Below, in pieces: positions 62,812 through 64,000 of a DNA stretch of 64,000 nt. Each line of letters starts with the position of its first letter. Position 1 is the stretch's first letter. Both the position numbers and the translations under genes were made by a program. The DNA comes from Mobula hypostoma. Its lineage: Eukaryota. The stretch is from the NCBI RefSeq assembly GCF_963921235.1, contig NC_086097.1, forward strand, positions 224,628,001 to 224,692,000, in the 5' to 3' direction. Below the pieces are notes generated by a model that was given only the letters and a program-made list of their open reading frames with translations, searched no databases and was not told the DNA's origin.

Positions 62812-64000
62812 GCACCTCTTCCTAGAGATGTTGCCTGGCCTGCTGCGTTCACCAGCAACTTTGATGTGTGTTGCTTGAATTTCCAGCATCTGCAGAATTC
62901 CTGTTGTTTGGTATATTATTGGGAATGGTTATCTCACTTATAGAAAGACACACAGGGTACTTGAAAGATGTTTGTATTATAATGGTGTATAAGGTATCAT
63001 TTTGTGTTGAGAGATTTGGGAGGGGTCTTCAGTGATCCAACTTACATTCTTCCTACAAGCTTGAGGGTCCACACCAGCACTGGAATTGATACAATATACC
63101 AAAGTTACTTTCAAGATTACCTTTAGTGATATAGTGATACTTCAAATCACACTCAAATACCAAGTAGAGACTGGTGGTAGAAATTCTTGTCTTGTTGACC
63201 GGATGCTGGAAAACTGTTGTTAGTCAGGTGCTAGAAAACCAATGTGGTCCCAAGAACAATTAAGATTCATACAAAGTGTGTAGAATTTTAAACGACATTG
63301 CATAGCCATTACTTCTTGAGTTATTTTGTTCTGCAAATTTCTTCAAACAGGGCTGTATGCTGTAATTTTCTGTTTCATATTTTATGTAGGTCTTCAAGGT
63401 TGTTGTAATTATTATTTACAATATTCACCAGTTTCCACAGCCTTTTTTGCAAGAAGTGATTGGTAGTGTGTAGTATGATATGTCTCTCCATGTGGTGGTC
63501 GTGTGGTCGAGGATGTTAAGCTACAGAACCCATCAGTACATAGGTTATTGACATAGATACAGAATATAAATACCATGAAAATTAGATTTTGGCAGCTGCA
63601 GTACAGCACATTAGAAACATGACAGAGATAAATTATTGTAAACTTAAATTCAATTATTTGTAACCTACACAATAAAATAAACATAATGACATTAGTGCAA
63701 ATTGAGAGAAAAAGAAATATAGTACAAAGTTGTATCAGAGTTTTCTGGTCAGTTCAAGAACTGGTGGAGATGGGGATGAAGACAGAGTTTGCTATATACC
63801 ACATAGAATATAGAGTCTGTATTCTGTCACACCAAAGATTTCAGTTACAATTATTTTAATCTGGTGCCTGCTTTCCACAACCCCATTGAGTTACCTAGGT
63901 TGGGCAAAAACATGTTTCATTGACATAATAATGAACTTTCTTATAACAATGATACAGATTTAGACATCAGAAGATTAAGAGGCTGTGTGATTTATTTTCA

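Larger units (their letters stand above)
62263..62909. mobile_element. Young ORF-less Penelope fold-back insertion (two inverted pseudo-LTR copies)
   Basis: ~233-bp inverted arms (62263-62495 / 62641-62874) with few mismatches; 14-bp TSD ggtatattattggg (62249-62262, 62910-62923). Confidence 0.93.

Noticed and set aside
62263..62909. DNA-transposon MITE or pre-miRNA
   Set aside because: Arms are Penelope pLTR sequence, asymmetric at the ends, with a 14-bp duplication; the same sequence follows a GIY-YIG ORF at 11210-11787.
62211..62943. Repeated ORFs MLVNAAGQAASL.../...VSPDEGSRPETSTAP... (also at 11018, 11445) as a small gene family
   Set aside because: They are translations of the non-coding Penelope pLTR; PDEGSRPET is just the hammerhead sequence read as codons.
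1..64000. CRISPR array, prokaryotic operon or endogenous virus gene
   Set aside because: No regularly spaced repeats or long intact ORFs; CRISPLD1 is unrelated to CRISPR; LTR-type sequence is Gypsy-like with no env.

Overview
Eukaryotic, repeat-dense vertebrate genomic DNA. The repeat mix (CR1, Rex1/Babar, V-SINE, Neptune-type Penelope elements) suggests a cartilaginous fish, probably a ray (inference). The only host gene I can support is the 3' end of CRISPLD1 on the + strand: the last two coding exons (3564-3697, 4855-4906; end of the second LCCL domain) and a long 3' UTR. The remaining ~57 kb is intergenic and largely filled with nested, decayed mobile elements: CR1, Rex1, RTE and HERO non-LTR elements, two Gypsy relics, solo LTRs, SINEs, and hAT, Tc1 and Tigger non-autonomous DNA transposons. 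The most notable hidden layer is RNA structure. About a dozen minimal hammerhead-ribozyme motifs (AGUC-CUGAnGA-stem II-GAAACGUC^GACU) sit in Penelope pseudo-LTRs, including young fold-back insertions with one ribozyme on each strand and a same-strand tandem pair. The HERO element has a strongly structured, apparently pseudoknotted 3' UTR. A Tigger3/MER2-like element closely resembles the mammalian family as I recall it. Boundaries of old repeats are approximate, read by eye; no database searches were run.
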